A stretch of 37,143 nucleotides of DNA, taken from Halocafeteria seosinensis (Eukaryota). Below the pieces are notes generated by a model. The model saw nothing but the letters and a program-made list of their open reading frames with translations, was not told the DNA's origin and ran no database searches. Position 1 is the stretch's first letter; each line of letters opens with the position of its first letter. The position numbers and the translations under genes are program-made. This document shows, in pieces, positions 23,726-35,115 of this stretch. The stretch lies in NCBI GenBank assembly GCA_001687465.1, contig LVLI01000349.1, positions 1-37,143 of the forward strand. Direction: 5' to 3'.

Positions 23726-24517
23726 ATGTCCTCCGCGAATGACAATGAGAATCAGCAACCTCCTCAGCAGCAATCAACACATACCGACGAGGAGGAAGAA
23801 CCACATTTAGGTGAGATTACGGCCGATTCAGAGTCGGCATGGCAAGATGGCGATAATGATCAAGATGGAGACGAAAATTCAGGTGAGTCCAGCAGTGCTG
23901 GGCACCCTGAAACTAACGTGAAGGATTGGATCCAATCCAAAGTCAAAGCAGAAGTACGCTCATTCATCAACAAGTTGGACTTGGAAGTCACTTGCCAACC
24001 TAGTCGGTGTTGACGTCCATACAGGTAGATCGACTGAATTCGCTAGGCCAGAGGGTGATACCTGTTGAAGTCCGAAACTGCTCGGTGATTAAAGGAGAGT
24101 CGGCTAGCTGGATGAACCGCATTGAAGCCAATACATCCTTCGACTTTGAACAGGTACGGTGACAGCAGTCGACCAATACCCTGTTCACAATGGAAAAGCA
24201 CATATATTACCTTGCCTGCAGATCCAACAAGTACTTCGCTCGGAACCTGAACCATGCCCCGTAAAACAAGGATATTCGTTTGTTTACGTGGTCCTCTTCA
24301 CCAACAAACTACCGCTTCTTGTGTAAGTGACAGCAACATCAACTAAATCGTATCACTTATTGTAGAATATACTGTACTTGAATTCCGTTGCAGTCCATAC
24401 ATCTACTCCACCACGGGACAATACCAGTCAAATGACCTGACTGAATGGGTGTTTATAAATAACAAGATGCAAGAGGCTCGTCGTTGGGTGGAATCTTACT
24501 CAGATATTCAAGGCTGA
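23726..24517 (+). CDS. Hypothetical protein (~190 aa), 4 exons, acidic N-terminus
   Basis: Exons about 23726-23953, 24025-24153, 24222-24322, 24393-24517 splice in frame with canonical GT-AG: ...KDWIQSKVKAE/VDRLNSLGQRVIPVEVRNCSV...SFDFEQ/IQQVLRSEPEPCPVKQGYSFVYVVLF...PLLV/PYIY...LTEWVFINNKMQEARRWVESYSDIQG*. Confidence 0.75.
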
Positions 24518-24532
24518 GAAACATCAGCTACA

Positions 24533-26278
24533 TTATTCTCCTCGTGAAATAGCAACTATCGTGAACGCACTGCTGACGAAGAAGATGATAATGCCAAAGC
24601 AAGCTAGAAGGATATGTGCCATGTTGGAAGGTGAGGTCCAAAGCTGCTCATCTTCTCGATTATCTCCAAGCCTTACTTTTATCAGAGGCGGTCCTATAAA
24701 TGCCAGGAAGCTACCGGCTATGCCTCCGGCCAACTCTAGAACGTGATCAACTTCGGGAATTACCAAAGCGACTCCCACAGGAACCAGCCATAACACTGTT
24801 GACACTATATATCTCTCTATTCGCCGTCTCCGATCTTTATACTGTTCCAAGAAGCGCCGGTCTACTAGTTGTTCATAGTCTTCCTTAAAAATCTCTTGCA
24901 TGGTTGAGGCTTTTCGAATATCGTCTAAGCGTTTGAGTTTTAGACACTTGAGAATTGCATTCCGAGCAACCATCTGCTCACTTGGCACTGTCAACAGAAA
25001 TTTAGACAATCACACATACAAGGCAATTAAGTCTTTCTGAGCCAAGTAATCCACTTACGAGTAAATATCATATTTGCTAGCACAGATACTTGCCCAAATG
25101 TAATAAGATGACTCCGTTTTTCTTTGAAGTTCGCAATAAAGTCACCAACAGAGTCGGAAAAGAGGAAGTGACCGAACGTTGATACGATTACCGAGAATAC
25201 AAACGCTATGCCCAATGACCAATTCGCGACAAATTTCAGTTGGAGTATGTCTGGGGAAGGACGACGCTTGCCCATACTTAGGTGCACCAGCGAAGCCTGG
25301 TGATGACAAACGAATGCAAATGTAATAGGGCCCACCGACGAAGGAAAGCGGTCCCCTATGCTCACGTATCGCGAGTCCGCATCATCGAGAGATTGCGCTT
25401 TAGACCACTTTACGATCACAAATATAGTAAAGAAACCCACAAATATGAGTGAGGTGAGGGAGTACGGCCACAGACCACCAAAGTCTTTCTTATAGAATAA
25501 CGCAAGAACTGGGATCGAGCAGAGGAAAAGAATCAGCGCAGGCTCAGTCGCAGCTGAGTGAGATGTGCCCACCATACTCTTCTGCAATGACGTGGAAGCA
25601 CGCAAATGAATTCGTTGCAGTGTAACTGAGGGGAGAAGCACACATAACCATACCAGCACATCTCTAATAATTATCCAATACGTCAACATCGCAGAGACGG
25701 AAAATAGCATTTCAAAGGTAAGCACTAAGTACCTCCCTCGAGATGTGAATGCTTTTCCAGCTAAGTCGTGAAATGAGTTCTGTTTATGGCTCACCATGAG
25801 ACCAAATAGCAACTTCACTGCAGTGGCAACGTAATTCCCAAACCCCAGACAGATCAGTACACCAAACGAACAGACCGATAATAACACGGTTTGAGACTTA
25901 CATGTATAGTTCGACAAGAGAGCAATTAACGTCAGTAGTCCAAGTCCAAGAACCAATCCGCATTCACGCATAGCCATAGGTAAACCTAAGATTCCCGAGC
26001 CAATGATGGCATTTGTAAAGTTGGCCACCGCCACAAAGTTTGTTGGAGCTTTTCGCCGTTTGATATTCATCCTCAAATCTCCTAAACATGATGGGGTGTC
26101 GGTCTCTGACTGCTCCAGATTCATAGGCTCTACCGTGTGATTCGTGCCCTCCGTGCCATAATTGCTCGTATGGGTCCCATGGTCCACCAAAACTGCATGC
26201 GCACGAAATCATCACACAAGGTATTTCGATACCAGGGAATCCGGTAGACGTACGCTCAGTTGCATCTGGTTCCGCCAT
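24533..26278 (-). CDS. Amino acid transporter, Aa_trans/AAAP family (SLC38-like)
   Basis: NFTNAIIGSGILGLPMAMRECG, FAFVCHH, VLELAGGIAGSFLAFIGPP and multiple TM helices, with several short introns. Confidence 0.92.
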
Positions 26279-26744
26279 TAACCTGTATAGGAGACATGAA
26301 AACTGTGGTACCTAACTAAAGTGGCCTTGTGAACTAAACGTTCGAGGCCTATTTTGATACAATCTGTACCTCCTACGGCCACTCCAATCGCATAACCGTC
26401 TTTAACTACTGCGTTTTACCCTGGGTATCTGTTCAATTCCGTCATGGAGACCGCTCATAGGCTGCATAAAGTGATACTAACCAATCTTCAACCTGAGCTC
26501 TCGGGCTCAGTAAGTGCGGGTGCCAGCAGTGGCTAGCACACCACTATTCATACGGGTAATAGATGTTCCACAGCTGTTAGTCTCAGAATTGTCATGGCAC
26601 AAAAGTGGCAATGGGAAATCTTAAAGCTCGTGTGAAACCTTTTTGGGCAAAATGTGGCAGTTCTTGTGTACAATTGTACCAATTCTGTCTACTGAAACTA
26701 AGGTCAATCTAGCGGCAGATCATCCGATGCCGCAGATGTCATAG

Positions 26745-28227
26745 TTATGCAAATGTGCTATCCGTCGATGCGTCACTTGTTCGATGATAAAATTGATTTA
26801 TATCCTTTACCTTCAGTGATCGTTCGTAATCATGATTAATCTCCAGCGGATCACTGTGTAGCGCCTCCATACTCGGCATAAATGTTTCGCTACTTTGGGC
26901 GTACGATTCAGCAGAGAGTTCGCGATACGATCCTAGCGCCTCTTCTTCCATTGACGGGCGGCGTGAATTTGTTAAGCAAAATAGCCACTCGCGAGCTCTC
27001 GAATTGGTACTGACGAACACAATAGCATTGAGAAACCCTTGAATGGGTGCAGTGGCAGCAGCAAAATACCTAATAGTTTCCGTGCCATAAATTGTTCCAT
27101 CTGCATCAAGCGTAGACAATGACCTTAATCAGTAATCCTTTCCATATCTCACACGCCTTGTTCTCTTACGGAACATACCTTTGACGAATCCCACCCCCAT
27201 TTCGTGAATCAGCATCGCAATCCACACCACTATGAAAGTCGTAGAATACGCCATTAAGGTGAATATGAACTTCCGAGCATGGCTAGCCGACTCAACGCTC
27301 TTTTTCGCAAGAAAGTTATTTCTAATATTTATCTGTGAAAGCAAAATAAATCCAGTACAATGAGTACTGCCACGGGCAATTGTGAGGGACATACCACTAT
27401 GTGGCCGTTAAGGAGGAATATGATAAACCATATAGCCATTTGAGGAATAGCGTGAAAAGACCCAGGGGCATTTACCCAGCACCAAATTCCTTCATTAACC
27501 CGTCCCATCGTTAAATACTGAGCAGTGACACAGGCAACAGCAACTGACCACGCCACAACGTGATACCAAACGTAACGAGTTCGGGAAAATTTCCCAGACA
27601 AGTCAGATTCGTGTTTAAAGATAAACTGTAACATTCAAAACAAAGAAGCAACAAAATTGTTCACCAACGAGCTCATAGCATCGCAACTACGGTAAACATA
27701 CCCGATGGAGTTCTATCGCTAGTATTAGATTCCTGTGACCGACAATAGGAACACGAAAGGTCACCAATATTTGACGAAATTGCTACAGAGGAGCACTTAC
27801 CACATAGCTGTGGACATTGGGAAGAATGCTGCAAGTTGCAGGAAAACAAAGTATCGCGCGGATATGGCCATCGGCGAAGCACGAGACTAACTTCGTTATA
27901 CTTACATCTTCCGATCACCTGCACTGTGCAGATGGTATCAATTGTAAAATCTCTGGGTATCCCGAGCGATAGTGTAAAGAATAGTCCTCCAAAGAAATTC
28001 GACACCGAGAGCCAAAATAGCTGCAGCAAATAACCTTGCGCCAAAGCCTTCACTTTCTCCCGTCGGGACACCGTTTCGGGCTGCACACGCCAGGAACCCC
28101 AACTCGTAGCATAGAAGGAGACGATGATTACCAACGCCCCCACCATGCAGAGACACCCAGCCGTGGCGACGACAATCTGGCCGTCTCTGACCTCCTGAGG
28201 GGGAGGGTCAGCTGTATGTTCGACCAT
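26745..28227 (-). CDS. cAMP-receptor-like 7TM GPCR (cAR/CRL/GCR1-type), paralog A, 7 exons
   Basis: TM1 GCLCMVGALVIIVSF, TM2 LFWLSVSNF, TM3 C..Q...FFPMSTAMWNLILAIELHR (microexons 27828-27801 and 27732-27702), TM4 YHVVAW, ECL2 WCW, TM6 AYSTTFIVVW, TM7 PIQGFLNAIVF. Confidence 0.85.
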
Positions 28228-28786
28228 CTGAAAGCTCCTATTATGGATGTAATGAGTCCCTAGGACCCTTCAAAGCGGACAATTCCCGGCTTCATCCCCC
28301 TGGGAATACACATTAAGGCGATGAACTATTCATACAGGGCAAGTATGTAAATCTAACCCTTTAAAAGGTAGGAACTTAACACTTTTCAACCTAATCCAAC
28401 CACTGACACGTGAGAGATTAAGCTAAACTCCAGACAACTGAACGCGGAAATTTTGTGAAGTTCATATATGTGGGTTATTTAGTAAGGACATGATAGGGCC
28501 GGAGTGCCTTCACTCCGACGGCCAAGACATTATACTGGGTTGCTTCACTTGTGTTATGTCGTACGGCATGTATCGGTGGAATGCATGTTCAGTTCCTATA
28601 CACACTCGCGTCAACGAATCCTTCCGTGTACCATGAACCAAACTCGCGCTAGTGTCGTTAGAACTCTCGACTTGTCTTCCCTGTTCCTGTATAGCAGACG
28701 AGCTCGCGCGGATGATTCTAATACCTCTTTCCAAGCCTTCTTTCCTCGATAGGTCCACATCCTGAACTACCTCTTCAGCTGTCACT

Positions 28787-30291
28787 TCAAAGTATGTCAT
28801 AGGCGGATTCCCGACTTGCTTGCCGGTAGAAACCCTCCACCTCTTCAGATTCGACTCGAGCAAGTTCATGATTGCCCCTCCTTGTTCCTCCAGCGTAGGC
28901 ACTCAGAGCGCTTTCTTCGCTACCCGTATACGTCTCACTACTGTAAGCATTCGTTTCGTAGCTCTCAGCTTTGGAATCTTCAGAAAATTCACGGTAAGAT
29001 CCAAGTGCCTCCTCTTCCATTGATGGATGCCGCGACTCAGTTAAGCAGCAAAGCCATTCCCGTGCTCTTGAATTAGTCGACAAGAAAACGATAGCGTTCA
29101 AGTAGCCTTGAGCAGGAGTAGTCACTGCAACAAAATATCTGATAGTCGCCGTACCGTAGATGTATCCTTCTGTATTACGGCAAACCCAAGAATGGTAATA
29201 ATAGAAAGATTTGACAATCTGAATAGGCGCAGCTTACCGTCAATATAGCCAACACCCATTTCATGGATCATGATACCAATAAACGCCATTAAAAACGTGG
29301 TAGAGTAGGCCATCAAGGTCAGGATAAACTTTCTGGCATGATTGTTGGTTTCCTGCGGTTTCCCCCGAAGGAGGTTCTTCCTCACAGAAATCTGGAAACA
29401 AACGAGCATATATAACGAAACATGAGCCTCTCGAACTAAGGTAAACGCAACGTACCACAATATGAATGTTCAGAATAATCACAATGAACCAGATAGCCAT
29501 CTGTGGAATTGCCGACGTTGCATCTGGGATATCTATCCAACACCAGATGCCTTCGTTCACCACCCCCATCCCAAGATACTGGCCAACGACGAACGGGATA
29601 GGGGACAGCCACGCTATAAAGTGATACATCCGATATCGGTTCCTATCAAACGTCCCAGATAGGTCAGACTCATGTTTAAAAATGAACTGCAAAGTTAGGC
29701 ATCAAAGGTAAGACGATGAATCCTCAATTTCGTTACATGATTCAGACGTACCCGATAGAGTTCGGTTGATAGAATCAAATTCCTGCACACCAACATATCG
29801 TCCCAGAATCAATGCTATCAAAGCACACTGTAAAGATCGACGACTTACCAAAACGCCGTCGCCAAGGGAAAATAGGCTGCATACAGGAGACACAGAGAGC
29901 AATGAACCACATCATCCAATGACAGCGTCGGAATCGTCCGGGGGTACTTACATCGGCCGATTGTTTGAGCTATGCAGACATCATTAATGTCGTAATCATC
30001 CGGGATAGCCAACGACATTACGAAAAATAAGCCTCCAAAAAAATTAGACACGGACAGCCAAAATAGCTGTAGTAGATAGCCTTGTGCCAATGCTTTCACC
30101 CTTTCTGTCCTCGAAGCTTTGGTTGAATCGACACGCCAGGATCCCCAGCTGGTGTTGTAGAACGACGTCGTTATTATAAGCGCTCCAATCATGCAGAGGG
30201 CGCCGGAACATGCCAGCACAATCTGGCTTTTCCTGACTTCACTCGGGGGTGGATCGGCGCTGTATTCAATGGTGTCCTGCATTGTATACAT
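28787..30291 (-). CDS. cAMP-receptor-like 7TM GPCR, paralog B, 7 exons
   Basis: Same exon plan, with microexons 29876-29849 and 29782-29752. YHFIAW, GIWCWI, PAQGYLNAIVF. The tail FYRQASRESAYDIL* aligns with the tails of A and D. Confidence 0.85.
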
Positions 30292-30631
30292 GTTTAAAAG
30301 TCCCACAGCTGGATCCAGGTTCCATAATCACGAGAACCAAGAAAGACCCAATGGTGGGTTATATACGATCCACTAGAGAAGACACACGTGCGTGTGGGTG
30401 GGCGAACACCACGCAAGCAATTCCTAGCAGAGTTATTGAATATTGAATACCCTATTCTACGGAATTCCAACCGGTGTAGAAGGTGTGAAGGACGCGGGTC
30501 CGCAAACAGCTGCGAATCTTCGGCAGATGGAGGTGAAACCTTAAAGTCTCACTACCTGTAGGTTATTGGGTCTTAAATGCCGGTGCAGCCGTACGTTTCA
30601 TAAGGTTCATGTGTGTGTTTTGGTATTGCTC

Positions 30632-30895
30632 CTACCGGAAGACGTGCCTGCTGCACGCTACGCTAACCCGTGTGAGGGGTGTCAACCCTACCCGGAAACG
30701 GTCCAAAATCTTCACGTTGTGGCGCGTCAACGTGACTGACAGTTTGGCCGTCATCAGCTTGTAGAAGTTCCGCATCTCCCTTGTTCCCCAGCGGGAGCCC
30801 GGTGCTTTCCTGGCAATCCTCTTGAGGAACTTGATTGCGTCTTCCCCGCGTTACTTCTTTAGTTCCTCGCTGTGGCTCAGTACGCGAAGGGATCT
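30632..30895 (-). mobile_element. Degenerate 3' fragment of a non-LTR retrotransposon with a restriction-like endonuclease (RLE)
   Basis: A frame not in the ORF track (30850 down to 30632) reads RGEDAIKFLKRIARKAPGSRWGTREMRNFYKLMTAKLSVTLTRHNVKIL..., resembling the G..A..FL..LA...F.....LS..L.R.NA C-terminus of RLE elements. An in-frame stop lies just upstream (EELKK*). Confidence 0.5.
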
Positions 30896-31469
30896 CTACC
30901 ATACCAACGGTACAACTCACAGTATGCGACAGTATGATTACGTAGAGATGTTCCACTGCTGCAAGCTTGGTGGACATAGTACACTCGACTCACTTCGGAC
31001 GAATGTCGTGCGGCAATGGAAACTCCACTTTAACATCGCGATAGCTACACAGGTCGACTTCTCCAATAACGGGGGTTCCCCACGTGCGAGTGCTGCTACC
31101 TTCTGCACTGCTGTACTCCTTAAATACCAAACAATACACGCATCACCAACACTTTAGAGTTTAACACCAGTAACACCAGCATGCTTATACCACTGAGTGG
31201 TGACCACTCCTTACGGACCGCCCAAAAACTCTTATATCGGTTAATCAACACACCCTGTTCATAGACCCCACTAGGAACGCATAATGAAGTGTATCTGTGT
31301 GTGCGCCTGGAGGGTGAGTCGTATGGAGCCAACTGAGCACTCGCCGATCTTGTTCCTTCATTTGGTTCCTCGCCTTAAAACTCAATGCTGTTTCTTGTAC
31401 GTTACTTGTAGACTTTTGCCTATGCTTCCTTATCCTCAGCGTAAAGTAAACTGCACGCATTATAGAACA

Positions 31470-32949
31470 TCACCAGCTTCCTCTCCCCCCGGAAAAATAG
31501 TATTCGTTCAACTCCATTGTGTCAGTTGAGTTAGTTCCATCAACTTCGTCCAAGTCATCGAGCAGCCTATGACTGACCATCGCGTTGTCAACCATAAGCG
31601 ATCCCTTAGAGAATGCACGATACGAGCCCAAAGCATCTTCTTCTATCGAAGACTTCCGAGAGTACCTTGAGCAACAGAGCCAATCTCTGGCTCTCGAATT
31701 GGTGAGAGCAAACACGATAGCGTTCAAGAACCCTTGCGCGGGCACAGTAACAGCTGCCGCATACCTAATATTTGTAGTACCGTAAATCGTTTCATCTGCG
31801 TCACAGAATTTTTGTAAGTTTGGTCATTAAGAACAGCTTTTCTGTGTCTATAAGACATACCATGCACGTATCCGACTCCCATTTCATGTATAAGCATTGC
31901 TATAAAAATTACGAGGAACGTCGTTGAGTAAGCCATTAACGTCAGTATGAACTTCTTAGCATGTCTAGTGGACTCACTAGTCGGTCCGGCAAGTAAGGTA
32001 TTCCGTACAGCGATCTGGTTGGAATAAGCCCGTTAATAGGGTAGACAAGAATAATCACAAGCGAAGATCGAAACGTTTGTGTTCGGCTTACTACGATGCG
32101 CAGGTTCAGAATCATCACGACGAACCAGATAGCCATCTCCGGTAAGGGGGAAATTCCGTTGATCATCATTCCGTTTGTATGGAAAGCACCGATCCAGCAC
32201 CAAATCCCCTCGTTGATAGGCCGCATGCCAAAGTATTGGCCGGCAACGCACGGGATCGGTATAATCCACGCACATGCATGATACCAGTAATAGCGACGAC
32301 GTGAAAAGTTCCCACACAGGTCGAACTCGTACTTAAAAATAAACTGTGCACCGTTGACAAAAAAAAACCTCTGAGGAATGGCGAATTATGTATGCAAGAA
32401 CAGCCTCTGGCATACCTGGTAGAGCTCAACAGACAAGACCAAGTTCCTGCGGATATGCGTAGCTAGAATTGGTACGACACTCTACATACTTCCGACACTT
32501 ACCAAATAGCAGTTACCAAAGGAAAATATGCTGAATCGGAGTAAAACAATATTCCAAGTGATTTCGGTTACGGATAACCAGAGTGAGTTTCAACACGTAC
32601 ATCTTCCGAGAAGTTGAAATGTACAAGCGGCGTTAACAGTGAAGTCCCTCGGGATAGTCAATGCCAACGCAAAGAAGGCACCTCCAAAGAAGTTGGATAC
32701 GGAGAGCCAGAACAGTTGCAGCAAATACCCTTGCGCCAGTGCTTTCACTTTTTCATTTTTTGAAGCGGTTGCAGGATCCTTCACACGCCAACTCCCCCAG
32801 CTCGTGACGTAGAATGAAACGATGATAGTCAACGCTCCCACCATACACAAGCATCCAGAAACGGCCACGACAATTTGTCCTGTCCTCACTTCACTGGGTG
32901 GAGGAGGGCTCATCTTTGTTGCCAAGGCCTGGTAGCCCTCTGTACTCAT
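31470..32949 (-). CDS. cAMP-receptor-like 7TM GPCR, paralog C, 7 exons
   Basis: Microexons 32530-32503 and 32446-32416. WYHACAW, GIWCWI, PAQGFLNAIVF. Tail diverged relative to A, B and D. Confidence 0.85.
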
Positions 32950-33420
32950 GCGCACAATTCCTTCGAAGTTCGAAGAACTGTCGAGAAGGCGTTACTGAAA
33001 ACACTGAGGAGAACTCAATTCCATACAATGTATTGCGTGATTCTAAATATTAAGGCCCATTTTTTCTACGATAAACTGTGAAATTCAATTCTTAACAGTG
33101 ATACTGCCACCTTGACTGGGGAATTACAGTATCTACAGTGTTCGAAGGTCCTGGGATGCTGTTGAGGTACTTCACGCTGTGAATCACGCATGGTCGACAC
33201 TGTCTCGACAGGTTGCCGCTCAACTATGTAGTTGCAGGGAGACCGTTCGACGGATTGTCAGGCAAATTGCTCAGAGCAGATACAAGAGCACTGCGACGCT
33301 TTTTTAACGCACACTTGCAGTGTGTATTCCAGTTTCAACAATGCTGTCTGCATCGGATACGTTGCGCGTTGGTTGAAGAGTCCCGAAGCTAGAAACCATA
33401 TTTCTAAGCACTACAAAGAA

Positions 33421-34945
33421 ATGGTGAAGCCGCCTCCCGAGGAGGTCAAAGACGGCCAAATGGCTGTGGCAGTGTCGGGCTGTCTGTGTATGGTAGGCTC
33501 GTTGGTCATCATTGTCTCATTCTATGCCACGAGCTGGGGGGCGTGGCGGGTTACCAACCCCAAAACTGCTTCCCGTCGCGAGAAGGTCAAAGCATTGGCG
33601 GAAGGATTCCTGCTACAGCTATTCTGGCTATCTGTTGCAAATTTTTTCCAGGGGATGTTCTTTGTGTTGTCATTGGCAATTCCTAGGAATTTTGATATTG
33701 ACGCGATCTGTACCATACAGACGATTGGAAGAAGTAGGTGACCCTCATCCCAACTTGGATATGTCAAGCATCCTTTTTATACCGAGCCTAACAGACTATA
33801 ATGACTCTTTTTATTTTTTTTTATTTTTATTTTTTGCAAACGCAGCGTACTTTCCATTAGCGGCGGCTGTTTGGTGAGTGTTCAGTTGAGCCTGACAGTG
33901 TCAGGTTTTTCGGGCACTCTGACTAGCCTGTATCGGTGCGTCTGCAGGAATCTCGTTCTCTCGATTGAACTTTGCAGGGTACGCTTATCTTTTTTCTTTA
34001 CCATATCATCACATTAACATGGGGGCGAAGGTTTGCGATGCCATTGGTTGCAGTTTGTCTTTAGGCATGAAACGGATCTATCCGGAAGCTTCGAACGCGC
34101 ACGTTACAAATGGTACCACGCCATTGGCTGGTTTTCCCCGATTCCGTGTGTTGCCGCTCTCTTTATTGCGATGAATATTATGAACGAAGGAATTTGGTGT
34201 TGGGTAGGAATTCTGTCTGTGAATGGCATCTCCCCGCTACCTCAAATGGTGCTGTGGTTCGTGGTGATGATACTCAATGTTTGCGTTGTCGTAAGTCTAT
34301 CAAGGTCGCTAATGGCCTGTCATGCTACAAAGACCCACCTTGTTTTACATCCAGGTTGCCGTTCGGAATACACTACTCGCTGATAGCAATGGCAAAAGCC
34401 GAGAATCTGCGAAGCAGGCCAAAAAGTTTATCCTGACCTTAATGGCCTACACCACTACATTTCTTGTTGCCTTTCTGGCTATCCTAATTCATGAAATGGG
34501 TATAGGCTACGTCCACAGTATGTGATTCGGTTTGCGTTAGCCACTTGAGGGGATACACATTGCCCATTTGATGCGTGTCATCTCGGCCTGTTTCAATGCA
34601 GATGGACCTGTGTACGGACGCCCCAAAATACGGTATGCAGCTGCTATAACCGCTCCGGCCCAGGGATTCTTGAATGCAATTATATTTGTGCTAACCAATT
34701 CAAGGGCGCGAGAGTGGTTATTTTGTTCGACCTCGTCTCGAAAATCTTCTGTGGAAGAGGAGGCCCTTGGTTCGTATCGCGAGTTCTCAGAAGCGTCGAA
34801 CGCATATAGCAGCGAGACGCTTGTTGCAAGCGAAGCCAGTTTCCTAAGCGAACCCCGCTTCGATGAAAACGAGCTTACCGAAGCGGTAATGTTGGACGAC
34901 TTCTATCGCCGGACAAGTGAATGTTCAGTTGACAGTACTCTGTGA
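33421..34945 (+). CDS. cAMP-receptor-like 7TM GPCR, paralog D (inverted, head-to-head with C), 7 exons
   Basis: Microexons 33846-33873 and 33948-33978. WYHAIGW, GIWCWV, PAQGFLNAIIF, stop at 34943-34945. Confidence 0.85.
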
Positions 34946-35115
34946 GGTGGTAGTCGCCAATCGCCCTTTCTGTCTTCTCGGAAATTACCCGTCACAAGTT
35001 TCCGAAAGTTCTCAATCACAGTCGCTCCATCCGTTCTATCACGCATGATTCTATTTCTGTATCACTCCCAGCGCTGCGGACCAGTGGAACTCTTCCGGTC
35101 CATTGCGCACTAAAA

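Noticed and set aside
28510..28902. 130-aa ORF as an extra exon or gene
   Set aside because: It overlaps the tail of paralog B in another frame. The true tail ends at 28787, as shown by alignment with paralogs A and D.
734..34945. Apparent frameshifts or pseudogenes suggested by fragmented ORFs
   Set aside because: The breaks I traced are resolved by canonical GT-AG introns. Antisense ORFs over real genes are shadows.
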